From: Candidatus Omnitrophota bacterium
GTDB lineage: Bacteria > Omnitrophota > Gorgyraeia > Gygaellales > Profunditerraquicolaceae
NCBI GenBank assembly: GCA_041662125.1
Contig: JBAZTA010000001.1
Span: 582,379-646,378, forward strand
Direction: 5' to 3'
DNA length: 64,000 nucleotides
The first letter of the stretch is position 1. Each line of letters opens with the position of its first letter. A program made the position numbers and the translations under genes. Of this stretch, positions 44,101-50,681 are shown piece after piece. A model generated the notes under the pieces. It worked only from the letters and a program-made list of their open reading frames with translations, was not told the origin of the DNA and did no database searches.

Positions 44101-44342
44101 GATGAGCCAGTCAAAAATAAGACCTGGCTGATTTCCAGAAACCTGTTTTGCCCAAACAGGCCTAAAAGAATACTCAATAACTCATGGATATACTGGAAAA
44201 CGGCAAAAAAACCTAACCAATGCCATGACCTCTTCTGAAACTGCTCTTTAGACAGGATAAAACATATGGTCGCAAAGACCAGGTAAGCCACAGCGCAGAA
44301 AAAATGAATATAGTCTAATTGTTCTTCGAAAAAACCGGGCAT
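41127..44342 (-). CDS. multi-sensor histidine kinase: N-terminal ~8-TM domain, extracytoplasmic Cache-like domain, 2 PAS, HisKA, HATPase_c
   Basis: 1071 aa. Multiple N-terminal hydrophobic helices, then a second TM (LFGIIIILFLSILVMVFFVVV), PAS regions, an H-box (FAYIASHDLQEPLRMV), and an HATPase (NAIKF, DNGIGF, GTGMGLAICKK). Confidence 0.8.
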   Translation of the reverse strand: MPGFFEEQLDYIHFFCAVAYLVFATICFILSKEQFQKRSWHWLGFFAVFQYIHELLSILLGLFGQNRFLEISQVLFLTGSSFFLIEFDRRGLLFIRKKSFGLWVYVPLVVLTAAGGMGGLMGLDVFSRYLLGIPGGLFVCWIIYKYSKSEIDPYLRNCLLVISVLFGIYAVINCFMSPASWFMPVRWVNSDLFLRLLGFPVHFVQGVIVLMLALTLWVYSEISRWFTFKAHGHPVYAQLSPWLILTLMLIITGGWFFINSLGNYEKNKLISDARIDISDSVHNLTSELTKTEQAAMTISGSPWIAPALTIGSAEELAKANSVLGRYQSALEMSACFLLNQEGVVIASSHRNKQDSLIGKSLASLPYFKKSRAGWPDHYFSLDTVLGERCYYASYPVRDAESKVIGIAVIKKSIDLIEGAFKQFPYCFLIDAQGVIFLSSKKELLFQGLWPIPALSMSRLAQSDQFGNKPISILGQQMFSDGDKISFKGENFYVVRQLINREGWSVVLLSSTRSFLQYRLFGIIIILFLSILVMVFFVVVRQREHLLTLIATANTQLKTVFNAATQVSIIATEMHGLITVFNSGAEKMLDYQAEDMIEMHTPEVIHLESELIARSKELSWEFKRSIAGFDVLVENARHGTHEEREWTYLRRDGKHIIVNLSVTAQRDTAGQMIGFLFVATDITERKVAEYELQEQKEFSENLVQNSAMATFVINAQHRVIFWNKACEHLTGLRGNELIGTSNQWKPFYKSKRPVLADLVVDANQEGVANYYKQYGRSTLASNGLLVEGWYQNLGGKDRYILFEAVPIYNRKGEVIAAIETLQDLTERTLAEEVLERQTQELVRSNTELEHFAYIASHDLQEPLRMVSSYVQLLEKRYKGKLDADADDFIGYAVDGVNWMQSLINALLTYSRVGTQGKEFSEVDCNAVLARVLTNVRVSIEETQAVISYSPLPRIVADNQQMEQLFQNLIFNAIKFRGKEPPRITVSCERRDNDWFFTVADNGIGFEQQYAERIFKIFQRLHSRKDYPGTGMGLAICKKILERHGGSIWVESQLGVGTTFYFKIPVMEKKKHA

Positions 44343-44463
44343 TGTAAGGGTCTCCCCCTTTTAAAACATGCAGCGTTTATTTAAGGTTTCTTAAGGAGAA
44401 TGAACACTCAAATAGTAACATATTAGTCTCTCAGAGGCAACACTTTTCCTATCGATAAAACAT

Positions 44464-45453
44464 CTACACGATCAGCATCGCATCCCCATAACTATAAAAA
44501 CGGTATTTCTGTTCGATAGCTTCCTGATAGGCGCGTTTCATGAATTGTTCTCCTGCGAAAGCGCACGAAAGCATAAAAAGGGTTGTGCGCGGCAGATGGA
44601 AATTAGTAATAAAACAATTCACCAGCTTAAACTGATATCCCGGATAAATAAATAAGTCCGTATACCCCTCTTGCTTACCGCAAGCATACGTTTCTATCGT
44701 GCGGCAACTGGTAGTCCCAACGGCAAAAATCCGCCTCTTTTCCTGTTGAGCCCGGTCAATGCTCGTTTTTGTTTCATCGTTGATGCAAAATTGTTCTCTT
44801 CCCATACGATGGCTGATAACATCTTCTGCCTTAACCGGTTGAAAAGTCGCATGCCCCACATGTAACGTCACATACCCTATTTCCACATTACCTGCGGCGA
44901 TACGCGCAAGTAAAGCTTCGGTAAAATGTAACCCTGCCGTCGGAGAAGCGATTGACCCCTCACTTTTGGCATACACGGTCTGATAATCAATACTGTCTTG
45001 GGCTTCAGGCTTACGCTTAATATACGGGGGAAGAGGAACAACACCGAGACTATAGATAGAGTTACTATCAGGCGCACAAAAAGTCACTTCATTTTTCGCG
45101 GTAATAACCGCACTAATATCGCTGTCAGGTAATTCTATTTTTTCATTCAACTTGAGCCGGTGAGGTTTAAGCAACACCTCAAAGGTCAAGCCATTTTTAC
45201 GGTTTAAAAGCAGTATCTCGACCTTACCGCCGGTCGAACGCCTGCCATATAAACGGCATGCCAGGACTTTTGTATCATTGAGTACCAGGAGGTCTCCCGC
45301 AGAGAAATAGCCGATGATATCCTTAAAAATCCGGTGTTCAATTGTTTGCCGGGAACGGTTTAAAACCATAAGCCGAGCTTGGTCACGCTCGGCTAAAGGA
45401 TATTCCGCGATCAACTCTCGAGGTAGATGATAATCGAAATCAGCGAGTTTCAT
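44464..45453 (-). CDS. queA: S-adenosylmethionine:tRNA ribosyltransferase-isomerase
   Basis: MKLADFDYHLPRELIAEYPLAERDQARLMVL... is the QueA N-terminus. The start is taken at the internal ATG; the ORF-track start is at 45477. Confidence 0.88.
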   Translation of the reverse strand: MKLADFDYHLPRELIAEYPLAERDQARLMVLNRSRQTIEHRIFKDIIGYFSAGDLLVLNDTKVLACRLYGRRSTGGKVEILLLNRKNGLTFEVLLKPHRLKLNEKIELPDSDISAVITAKNEVTFCAPDSNSIYSLGVVPLPPYIKRKPEAQDSIDYQTVYAKSEGSIASPTAGLHFTEALLARIAAGNVEIGYVTLHVGHATFQPVKAEDVISHRMGREQFCINDETKTSIDRAQQEKRRIFAVGTTSCRTIETYACGKQEGYTDLFIYPGYQFKLVNCFITNFHLPRTTLFMLSCAFAGEQFMKRAYQEAIEQKYRFYSYGDAMLIV

Positions 45454-46591
45454 TTTTATGGGCCCGGGGAGAAACAACGGCTCCCGGATAATAATATGCG
45501 AGTATTTCCTGATACGAACGCCCTTCTTTAGCCATAAAATAGGCTCCCCACTGGCAAAAACCTACGCCATGCCCCCAGCCTAACCCTTCAAAGACAAAAT
45601 CACTTCCCGCTGACGAGACTTCAAACTGCAGGCTTTTAATAAGATTCGGCCCGAGTGCGTTCCTGAAATCCTTACCAGAGAGCACGACGCCCTTTTCACC
45701 GCCGCGTATCGCAACTTCGCTTATACGGCCGGAATTATCTTTACCAGCGCAGGCAATAGTATGTATCTTTTTAAACGTATACCCGCGCTGAGCTAATTTC
45801 TCTCTCAAGGTACTTTCTGACAAAACCAGATGCCATCTATAATGAGGCGAACCTTTACAAAAATCACACGCCACTCCCTCAAGCGGCGGGATATGAGTAT
45901 TCCATAAAACTGCCGCATTTTCCGTATGGCCGGCGCATGTAGCGTGATAATATGCCGGAAAGATCTTTCCCTGGTAGGTTATGACCTGGCCTTCTGTTTC
46001 CTCAACCGCCCTGTTCGTGCGATATCGCTCAGAGGTACTGCCCCCGTACATCTGCGAATAAATATCACTGGTGACATCATAATCATTTTTGACATTCTCC
46101 TGCACCTGCGACAACGCAAATGTCCTGCAGACGATTGATTGCGCTTTTAACGCTTCCTGGGGCCAATAATGAGAAGATTCGTGGAACAAAACACCTTTTA
46201 TATATTCTTCCAATTCAACAAAATTGATCACCGCGAAACAGCCGTTATCTTTTTTAAGAAACTCTATACTTCCTTTAAATTTACGGCCGTTTATCGCAAG
46301 CGCATCAGTATCGACTGGTTTTATATAAACCTTGCGCGCAGGAGAACGGGTATTGCCGATTAAAATATTATTTTTTCCTACGGTCACCGTTGTATTCAGG
46401 TTTTTACCTTGGGACAAAACCTTTTGCGTATCAGCATCTTGGATCTTGTAGACCCCGTTGATTATCAGGTTAAGCGAAGAGGCCTCCTCAATTATCCTTA
46501 CCCTGACCTCATGCGCGAAAGAAAAAGAAATTGGCAGAAGCAAACAGGTGAAAACAATCACCTGTAGTATGACTCCTCTGCTTTTATTCAT
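45440..46591 (-). CDS. SpoIID/LytB domain protein (peptidoglycan amidase-enhancer / lytic transglycosylase family)
   Basis: 383 aa with a signal peptide; SpoIID-like motifs (HYWPQEALKAQSIVCRTFALS, YHATCAGHTE). Confidence 0.65.
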   Translation of the reverse strand: MNKSRGVILQVIVFTCLLLPISFSFAHEVRVRIIEEASSLNLIINGVYKIQDADTQKVLSQGKNLNTTVTVGKNNILIGNTRSPARKVYIKPVDTDALAINGRKFKGSIEFLKKDNGCFAVINFVELEEYIKGVLFHESSHYWPQEALKAQSIVCRTFALSQVQENVKNDYDVTSDIYSQMYGGSTSERYRTNRAVEETEGQVITYQGKIFPAYYHATCAGHTENAAVLWNTHIPPLEGVACDFCKGSPHYRWHLVLSESTLREKLAQRGYTFKKIHTIACAGKDNSGRISEVAIRGGEKGVVLSGKDFRNALGPNLIKSLQFEVSSAGSDFVFEGLGWGHGVGFCQWGAYFMAKEGRSYQEILAYYYPGAVVSPRAHKNETR

Positions 46592-46603
46592 TTCATCCCA
46601 TCC

Positions 46604-46825
46604 TTATTTACGATTGATCAACCAAAACAAAAGCGATAGGATAACACTAACCACTATCGATGTTGCCAGCGGGAAATAAAAGGTAACGTTCTTTTTCTGG
46701 ACTAAAATATCCCCGGGGAGTTTACCTAAAAAGGGGATCTTATTGAAGAATGTCAACAGCAACCCCAGGCCTACCAGTATTATCCCGAATACGATCAATG
46801 TCTTGCCTAATTCCTGCATATACAC
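46604..46825 (-). CDS. DUF2905 family small membrane protein
   Basis: 73 aa with two TM helices; LPGDILVQKKNVTFYFPLATSIVVS is typical of DUF2905. Confidence 0.6.
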   Translation of the reverse strand: MYMQELGKTLIVFGIILVGLGLLLTFFNKIPFLGKLPGDILVQKKNVTFYFPLATSIVVSVILSLLFWLINRK

Positions 46826-46826
46826 C

Positions 46827-47240
46827 TCAGCTTACCGGCATCTCTTTTTCTCTCGTTTCAATAATACTCTTTAAATCCGGCGACAACGATTTCAACAGCT
46901 CTTTTTCTGCTTTGTTCAACTCGGGGAAAACCTGATGCACTTGTTTATAAAATCCCGTGCCGCATTCCTCTTCCACAAGCTTTTCTCCCGGCAAAGGCGC
47001 GTAAGGAGAATCTTTAGCTATTGCTCCAGGCGCAAATTTCAGTTTTGCCTGCAAGATTACCGCGTCTTTAAGTTTAATTTCCCCTCTATCAGCTGCCGCC
47101 TGGACCCTGTCATAGGTGCAGGAATATTTTCTCTCAAGCGCAGGTATCTCGACAGAAACACCCATTGAAGAAGACCCTGCGTAACAAACACCAGCTATAG
47201 CCAAGACGAATAATATAATACCGCAAAATGCAATTTTCAT
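46827..47240 (-). CDS. hypothetical secreted protein
   Basis: 137 aa with an N-terminal signal peptide (MKIAFCGIILFVLAIAGVCYA). No recognisable motif. Its start abuts the long structured non-coding region. Confidence 0.5.
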   Translation of the reverse strand: MKIAFCGIILFVLAIAGVCYAGSSSMGVSVEIPALERKYSCTYDRVQAAADRGEIKLKDAVILQAKLKFAPGAIAKDSPYAPLPGEKLVEEECGTGFYKQVHQVFPELNKAEKELLKSLSPDLKSIIETREKEMPVS

Positions 47241-47314
47241 AGACTCTCTTTTATTTATTAACTTAATGAATCTGTTGTTTTTCTCGCTCAGGTTGATTTT
47301 TACCCCGGCAAGAA

Positions 47315-47340
47315 GTTTAAATCATTAAAAAGATTTAAAC
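47315..47340. promoter_or_regulatory. perfect 9-bp inverted repeat GTTTAAATC-N8-GATTTAAAC (operator-like palindrome)
   Basis: Read directly: 47315-47323 and 47332-47340 are exact reverse complements. The repeat sits ~75-100 nt upstream of the secreted hypothetical protein gene. Confidence 0.4.
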
Positions 47341-47391
47341 TGCCGGCCCTTCGGGCAGATTCGCCTTTTGTAAAACAAAAGGCAGAATCTG
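47340..47391 (-). terminator. GC hairpin (47340-47358) followed on the minus strand by a U-rich tract; adjacent 15-bp hairpin (47356-47391)
   Basis: On the minus strand, ctgcccgaagggccggcag is followed by TTTAAATCTTTTT. Upstream of it, CAGATTCGCCTTTTG-taaaa-CAAAAGGCaGAATCTG forms a 15-bp stem. This is a possible intrinsic terminator ending read-through from ruvB. Confidence 0.35.
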
Positions 47392-47423
47392 GGTTACGGC
47401 AAAGATCTTTCGCATTTCGGTGG

Positions 47424-47477
47424 CTTGCCTGCTAAAGGCAGGCAAGAACTCGTGTTTTTTGCTCTAGCAAAAAACAC
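47424..47477. other. two consecutive perfect hairpins: CTTGCCTGC-taaag-GCAGGCAAG (47424-47446) and GTGTTTTTTGC-tcta-GCAAAAAACAC (47452-47477)
   Basis: Exact inverted repeats read from the sequence. The first is GC-rich and followed by a T-run on the plus strand. The second is an 11-bp A/T-rich palindrome. Confidence 0.45.
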
Positions 47478-47492
47478 TCAAACAGCATCGCC

Positions 47493-47529
47493 ATCCCAAG
47501 ATTGCCCCGCTCTCGCGGGGCCTTGGGAT
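47493..47529. other. two-tier GC-rich hairpin ATCCCAAG-attg-CCCCGC-tctc-GCGGGG-c-CTTGGGAT
   Basis: Exact complementarity of the outer 8-bp and inner 6-bp stems. Confidence 0.45.
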
Positions 47530-47748
47530 TCCCTCAATGCTCAAGCTGCTTTGCCTAAAATCAACATTCGCTCGAAAACCAACAGATTCATTTATTCCTA
47601 TTTATAATCTCTCTACGTCATGAAAATTTATTTAGAACTAACTGCTAACGGGTGGCTTGGTTTAGTTTTGAGCAGGGCCTCTGGAAGCCCCGAGCGGGCA
47701 CGGTTGCCCCTCTATAAATTATCGGGCAGAGCGAGGGGCTGGAAGGGA

Positions 47749-47790
47749 GTGCAGTCCTGCCACGCTGGGGCAGGACAAATGTCCCTGCGA
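47749..47790. other. three-segment alternative pairing element: GTCCTGCC (47754-47761) / GGCAGGAC (47769-47776) / GTCCCTGC (47781-47788)
   Basis: Segment 2 can pair with either segment 1 (8 bp) or segment 3 (7 bp plus a bulge), giving mutually exclusive hairpins of the kind seen in attenuators and riboswitch expression platforms. It sits immediately after the ruvB stop. Confidence 0.35.
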
Positions 47791-47835
47791 AAAACAAACC
47801 AAGACAGCCGTTACCTTACCTTATAGTAAATAAAT

Positions 47836-48960
47836 TTAAAACAGCTCTTCTTGTTTCTCTTTATTATATTTTATTCCGAAATGATCGAACGCTAACTTCG
47901 TGGCTAACCTTCCGCGGGAGGTGCGCTTTAAATAGCCGGCCTTGAGCAGGTACGGCTCGACAGTATCAACGATGGTGTCGACTTCTTCATTGAGGCTTGC
48001 GGCCAAGGACTCCGCACCCACCGGCCCGCCGTCAAAGGACTCCAGTATCAATTTTAAGACCTTACGGTCCAGGTCATCTAACCCCGCCTTATCAATACCT
48101 AATGCATCAAGGGTCTTTGAAGCAACGGCTTGATCGATTGTGGCAATATTGGAAACCTGCGCGTAATCCCTGATGCGGCGTAAGAGCCGGTTTGCGATAC
48201 GGGGAGTTCCCCGCGCGCGCCTGCCGATCTCACATGCCGCCTCTTTATCGATCTCAATGCTTAAAATCTTGGCGGAACGCCGTATTACCTCTGCTAAATC
48301 CTCAACCCCGTAGAAATCAAGATGGTAAAATATCCCAAAGCGGCTGCGCAGCGGAGCGGACAGCAAACCTGAACGCGTCGTTGCACCGACGAGTGTAAAA
48401 GGCTTGAGCCTGAACTTGATTGTCTTGGCATACGGCCCTTTATCAATGACGAAATCAATCTGAAAATCCTCCATCGCCGGGTACAAGAATTCTTCCACCA
48501 CTTTGGAAAGCCGGTGTATCTCGTCTATAAAAAGGATATCGCCTTTTTCTAAATTAGTCAAAATACCGATAAGGTCGCCTGCCCGCTCAATAGCAGGCCC
48601 GGAGGTAGCGGTAACCTTGGAATGCATCTCATGAGCGATAATATGCGCTAAACAGGTCTTACCCAGTCCGGGCGGCCCGGAAAATAAAATGTGCTCAAGC
48701 GGCTCTTTGCGTTGCTTGGCGGCAGTAAGGCAGATTTTCAGGTTACTGACCAAATCTTTTTGCCCGATGAATTCCGAGAGTTTGTTGGGGCGAAGCGAGA
48801 GGTTCAAAACAACATCTTCTTCGGTCTCCTGCTCCGTGCTTAAGGGAAACGGCAGTTGTTCTTGAGCTTTCGCAACAAGAGAACCGGCATCAGTATAATC
48901 ATATTCAGAGCCGTCAGGTAAGTTTTCATTACTAATTTTGCGCTTCTTCTGTCCTTCCAT
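47836..48960 (-). CDS. ruvB: Holliday junction branch migration helicase RuvB (with ~50-aa acidic N-terminal extension)
   Basis: 374 aa; LRPNKLSEFIGQ, Walker A GPPGLGKT, Walker B ILFIDEIHRL and sensor motifs. Confidence 0.9.
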   Translation of the reverse strand: MEGQKKRKISNENLPDGSEYDYTDAGSLVAKAQEQLPFPLSTEQETEEDVVLNLSLRPNKLSEFIGQKDLVSNLKICLTAAKQRKEPLEHILFSGPPGLGKTCLAHIIAHEMHSKVTATSGPAIERAGDLIGILTNLEKGDILFIDEIHRLSKVVEEFLYPAMEDFQIDFVIDKGPYAKTIKFRLKPFTLVGATTRSGLLSAPLRSRFGIFYHLDFYGVEDLAEVIRRSAKILSIEIDKEAACEIGRRARGTPRIANRLLRRIRDYAQVSNIATIDQAVASKTLDALGIDKAGLDDLDRKVLKLILESFDGGPVGAESLAASLNEEVDTIVDTVEPYLLKAGYLKRTSRGRLATKLAFDHFGIKYNKEKQEELF

Positions 48961-49693
48961 ACGGGATAATATTTTCCTTATTCCTGGTTATCTCAATCTC
49001 ACCAAACACCTCTTTCTGAAGGATAATGATCTCTTTGAGCCTGATCAATTCCAGGATAGAAAGAAAGGTAACAATTATTTCAAATTTATTCTTTGCTTTG
49101 ATGAATAATTCCGAAAGATGCAGCGAAGGCACGACCAACAATAAATGGAGGATCTGGTGTATCTTATCCTCGATAGTAAATTCGTCACGGATGACCTCAT
49201 AGAATAATTCTTTAGGCACATCCTGTAACGCGGAAGAAAATGCGGTTATCAAATCAAAAATACTTGCTTCAAAATACGCGGGGACTTCCGCGGTGACCGC
49301 AGTAAGGCTTTTATCCGGGCCTTTGGGGCGTTTTAAGATATCCTGCTGGTCAATCTCTTTCTGACGCAATTCCTGCGCGATCTCTTTAAAACGCTCATAC
49401 TCTAAAAGCTGCCGGATGAGCTCATCCCGAGGGTCTTCTTCCTCGACTTGCGGGGCTTCTTCCGCGGGAAGGAGCATTTTTGACTTAATCTGCGTAAGAG
49501 TAGCTGCCATCACCAGAAATTCACCGGCGATATTCAAATCAAACACCTGCATCAATTCCAGGAATTTCATGTATTGTTCGGTGACTTGCGCGATCGGAAT
49601 ATCATAGATATTCAAATGGTCTTTCTTGACCAAATACAAGAGCAGATCAAGCGGGCCTTCAAACAACTGTAACTTTATTTTATAGCTCATCAA
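48932..49693 (-). CDS. scpA: segregation and condensation protein A
   Basis: 253 aa; KIKLQLFEGPLDLLLYLVKKDHLNIYDIPIAQVTEQY is the ScpA N-terminus. Confidence 0.85.
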   Translation of the reverse strand: MMSYKIKLQLFEGPLDLLLYLVKKDHLNIYDIPIAQVTEQYMKFLELMQVFDLNIAGEFLVMAATLTQIKSKMLLPAEEAPQVEEEDPRDELIRQLLEYERFKEIAQELRQKEIDQQDILKRPKGPDKSLTAVTAEVPAYFEASIFDLITAFSSALQDVPKELFYEVIRDEFTIEDKIHQILHLLLVVPSLHLSELFIKAKNKFEIIVTFLSILELIRLKEIIILQKEVFGEIEITRNKENIIPYGRTEEAQN

Positions 49694-50669
49694 GGTTTAC
49701 CAATTCTTTTGCTTCCGCGATGGTCTGAGCTGCCACCGCGTTTGCTTTTACTTTACCTGCTTCGACGATCTCTAAGACGCGGTTTCTATCTGCAAGCAAG
49801 ACTTTTCTTTTTTCCTGGATCGGCGCTAAAAATGCGACTAAGATTTCCGCTAATTCTTTTTTACAGGCAGTACAGCCTATCTTGGATTCCCGGCATAACA
49901 GGTTGATCTCTGCTTTTCGCTCGGGGGCAAAGACAGCGTAATAGCTATGCACATTACAATTATCCGGATGGCCCGGATCGCTTAACTTGACACGCAACGG
50001 ATCGGTAAACATGGTCTGGACTTTTTTACGGATATTTTCCGGCTCTTCCTGAAGCAGTATAAAATTATTATAACTCTTGCTCATCTTCCTGCCGTCCAGG
50101 CCTAAAAGCCGCGAGGCTTGTGTCAGAAGCGCTTGCGGTTCCGGAAAAACCCCTTTTTTATAGAGGCCGTTAAACTTGCGCACAATCTCCCGGGTCAACT
50201 CCAAATGAGGCAGTTGATCTTCTCCTACCGGTACAACCTGCGCCTTATACAAAACGATATCCGCTGCCTGCAAAACCGGATACCCCAAAAACCCATAGGT
50301 GCTTAGATCGCGGTTAGTGACTTCCCGCAGCTGTTCCTTATACGTCGGGCAGCGTTCCAGCCACCCCAGGGGTGTCAGGATAGAGAATATCATATATAAT
50401 TCAAGGTGTTCTTTAACCTGAGACTGGATAAAAATAGTTGATTTTTCGGGAGAGATACCGCAGGCAAGCCAATCAATTACGTTATCAATGATATTTTCCT
50501 GCAAGCCGGCAGGATTTTCATATTCGGACATAAGCGCGTGCCAATCAGCAACCATAAAAAAACATTCATACTGATCCTGGAACTTGATCCAATTATCTAA
50601 TGCGCCGACCAAATGCCCCAAATGCAGTTTCCCGGTAGGGCGCATACCGCTTAATATCCGCTTTTTCAT
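49680..50669 (-). CDS. trpS: tryptophan--tRNA ligase
   Basis: 329 aa; the HIGH region (PTGKLHLGH) and KMSKS. Confidence 0.92.
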   Translation of the reverse strand: MKKRILSGMRPTGKLHLGHLVGALDNWIKFQDQYECFFMVADWHALMSEYENPAGLQENIIDNVIDWLACGISPEKSTIFIQSQVKEHLELYMIFSILTPLGWLERCPTYKEQLREVTNRDLSTYGFLGYPVLQAADIVLYKAQVVPVGEDQLPHLELTREIVRKFNGLYKKGVFPEPQALLTQASRLLGLDGRKMSKSYNNFILLQEEPENIRKKVQTMFTDPLRVKLSDPGHPDNCNVHSYYAVFAPERKAEINLLCRESKIGCTACKKELAEILVAFLAPIQEKRKVLLADRNRVLEIVEAGKVKANAVAAQTIAEAKELVNLDEL

Positions 50670-50681
50670 TAAATAGGTAGA

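Noticed and set aside
47425-47826. Plus-strand ORFs of 60 and 68 aa (47425-47607, 47620-47826) in the structured region
   Set aside because: They begin inside perfect hairpins, have no RBS, and have low-complexity, non-protein-like composition. They are more likely non-coding structure.
47241-47835. Considered tmRNA (ssrA) or RNase P RNA for the structured non-coding region. A 16-codon minus-strand frame ends ...GKAA*, reminiscent of a tmRNA tag.
   Set aside because: There is no tRNA-like T-arm (GGTTCGAATCC-type) and no acceptor-pairing ends. There is no RNase P P4 signature (GGAAAGUCCGGGCUCC / ACAGAACCCGGCUUA) on either strand. The GKAA ending is most likely coincidental.
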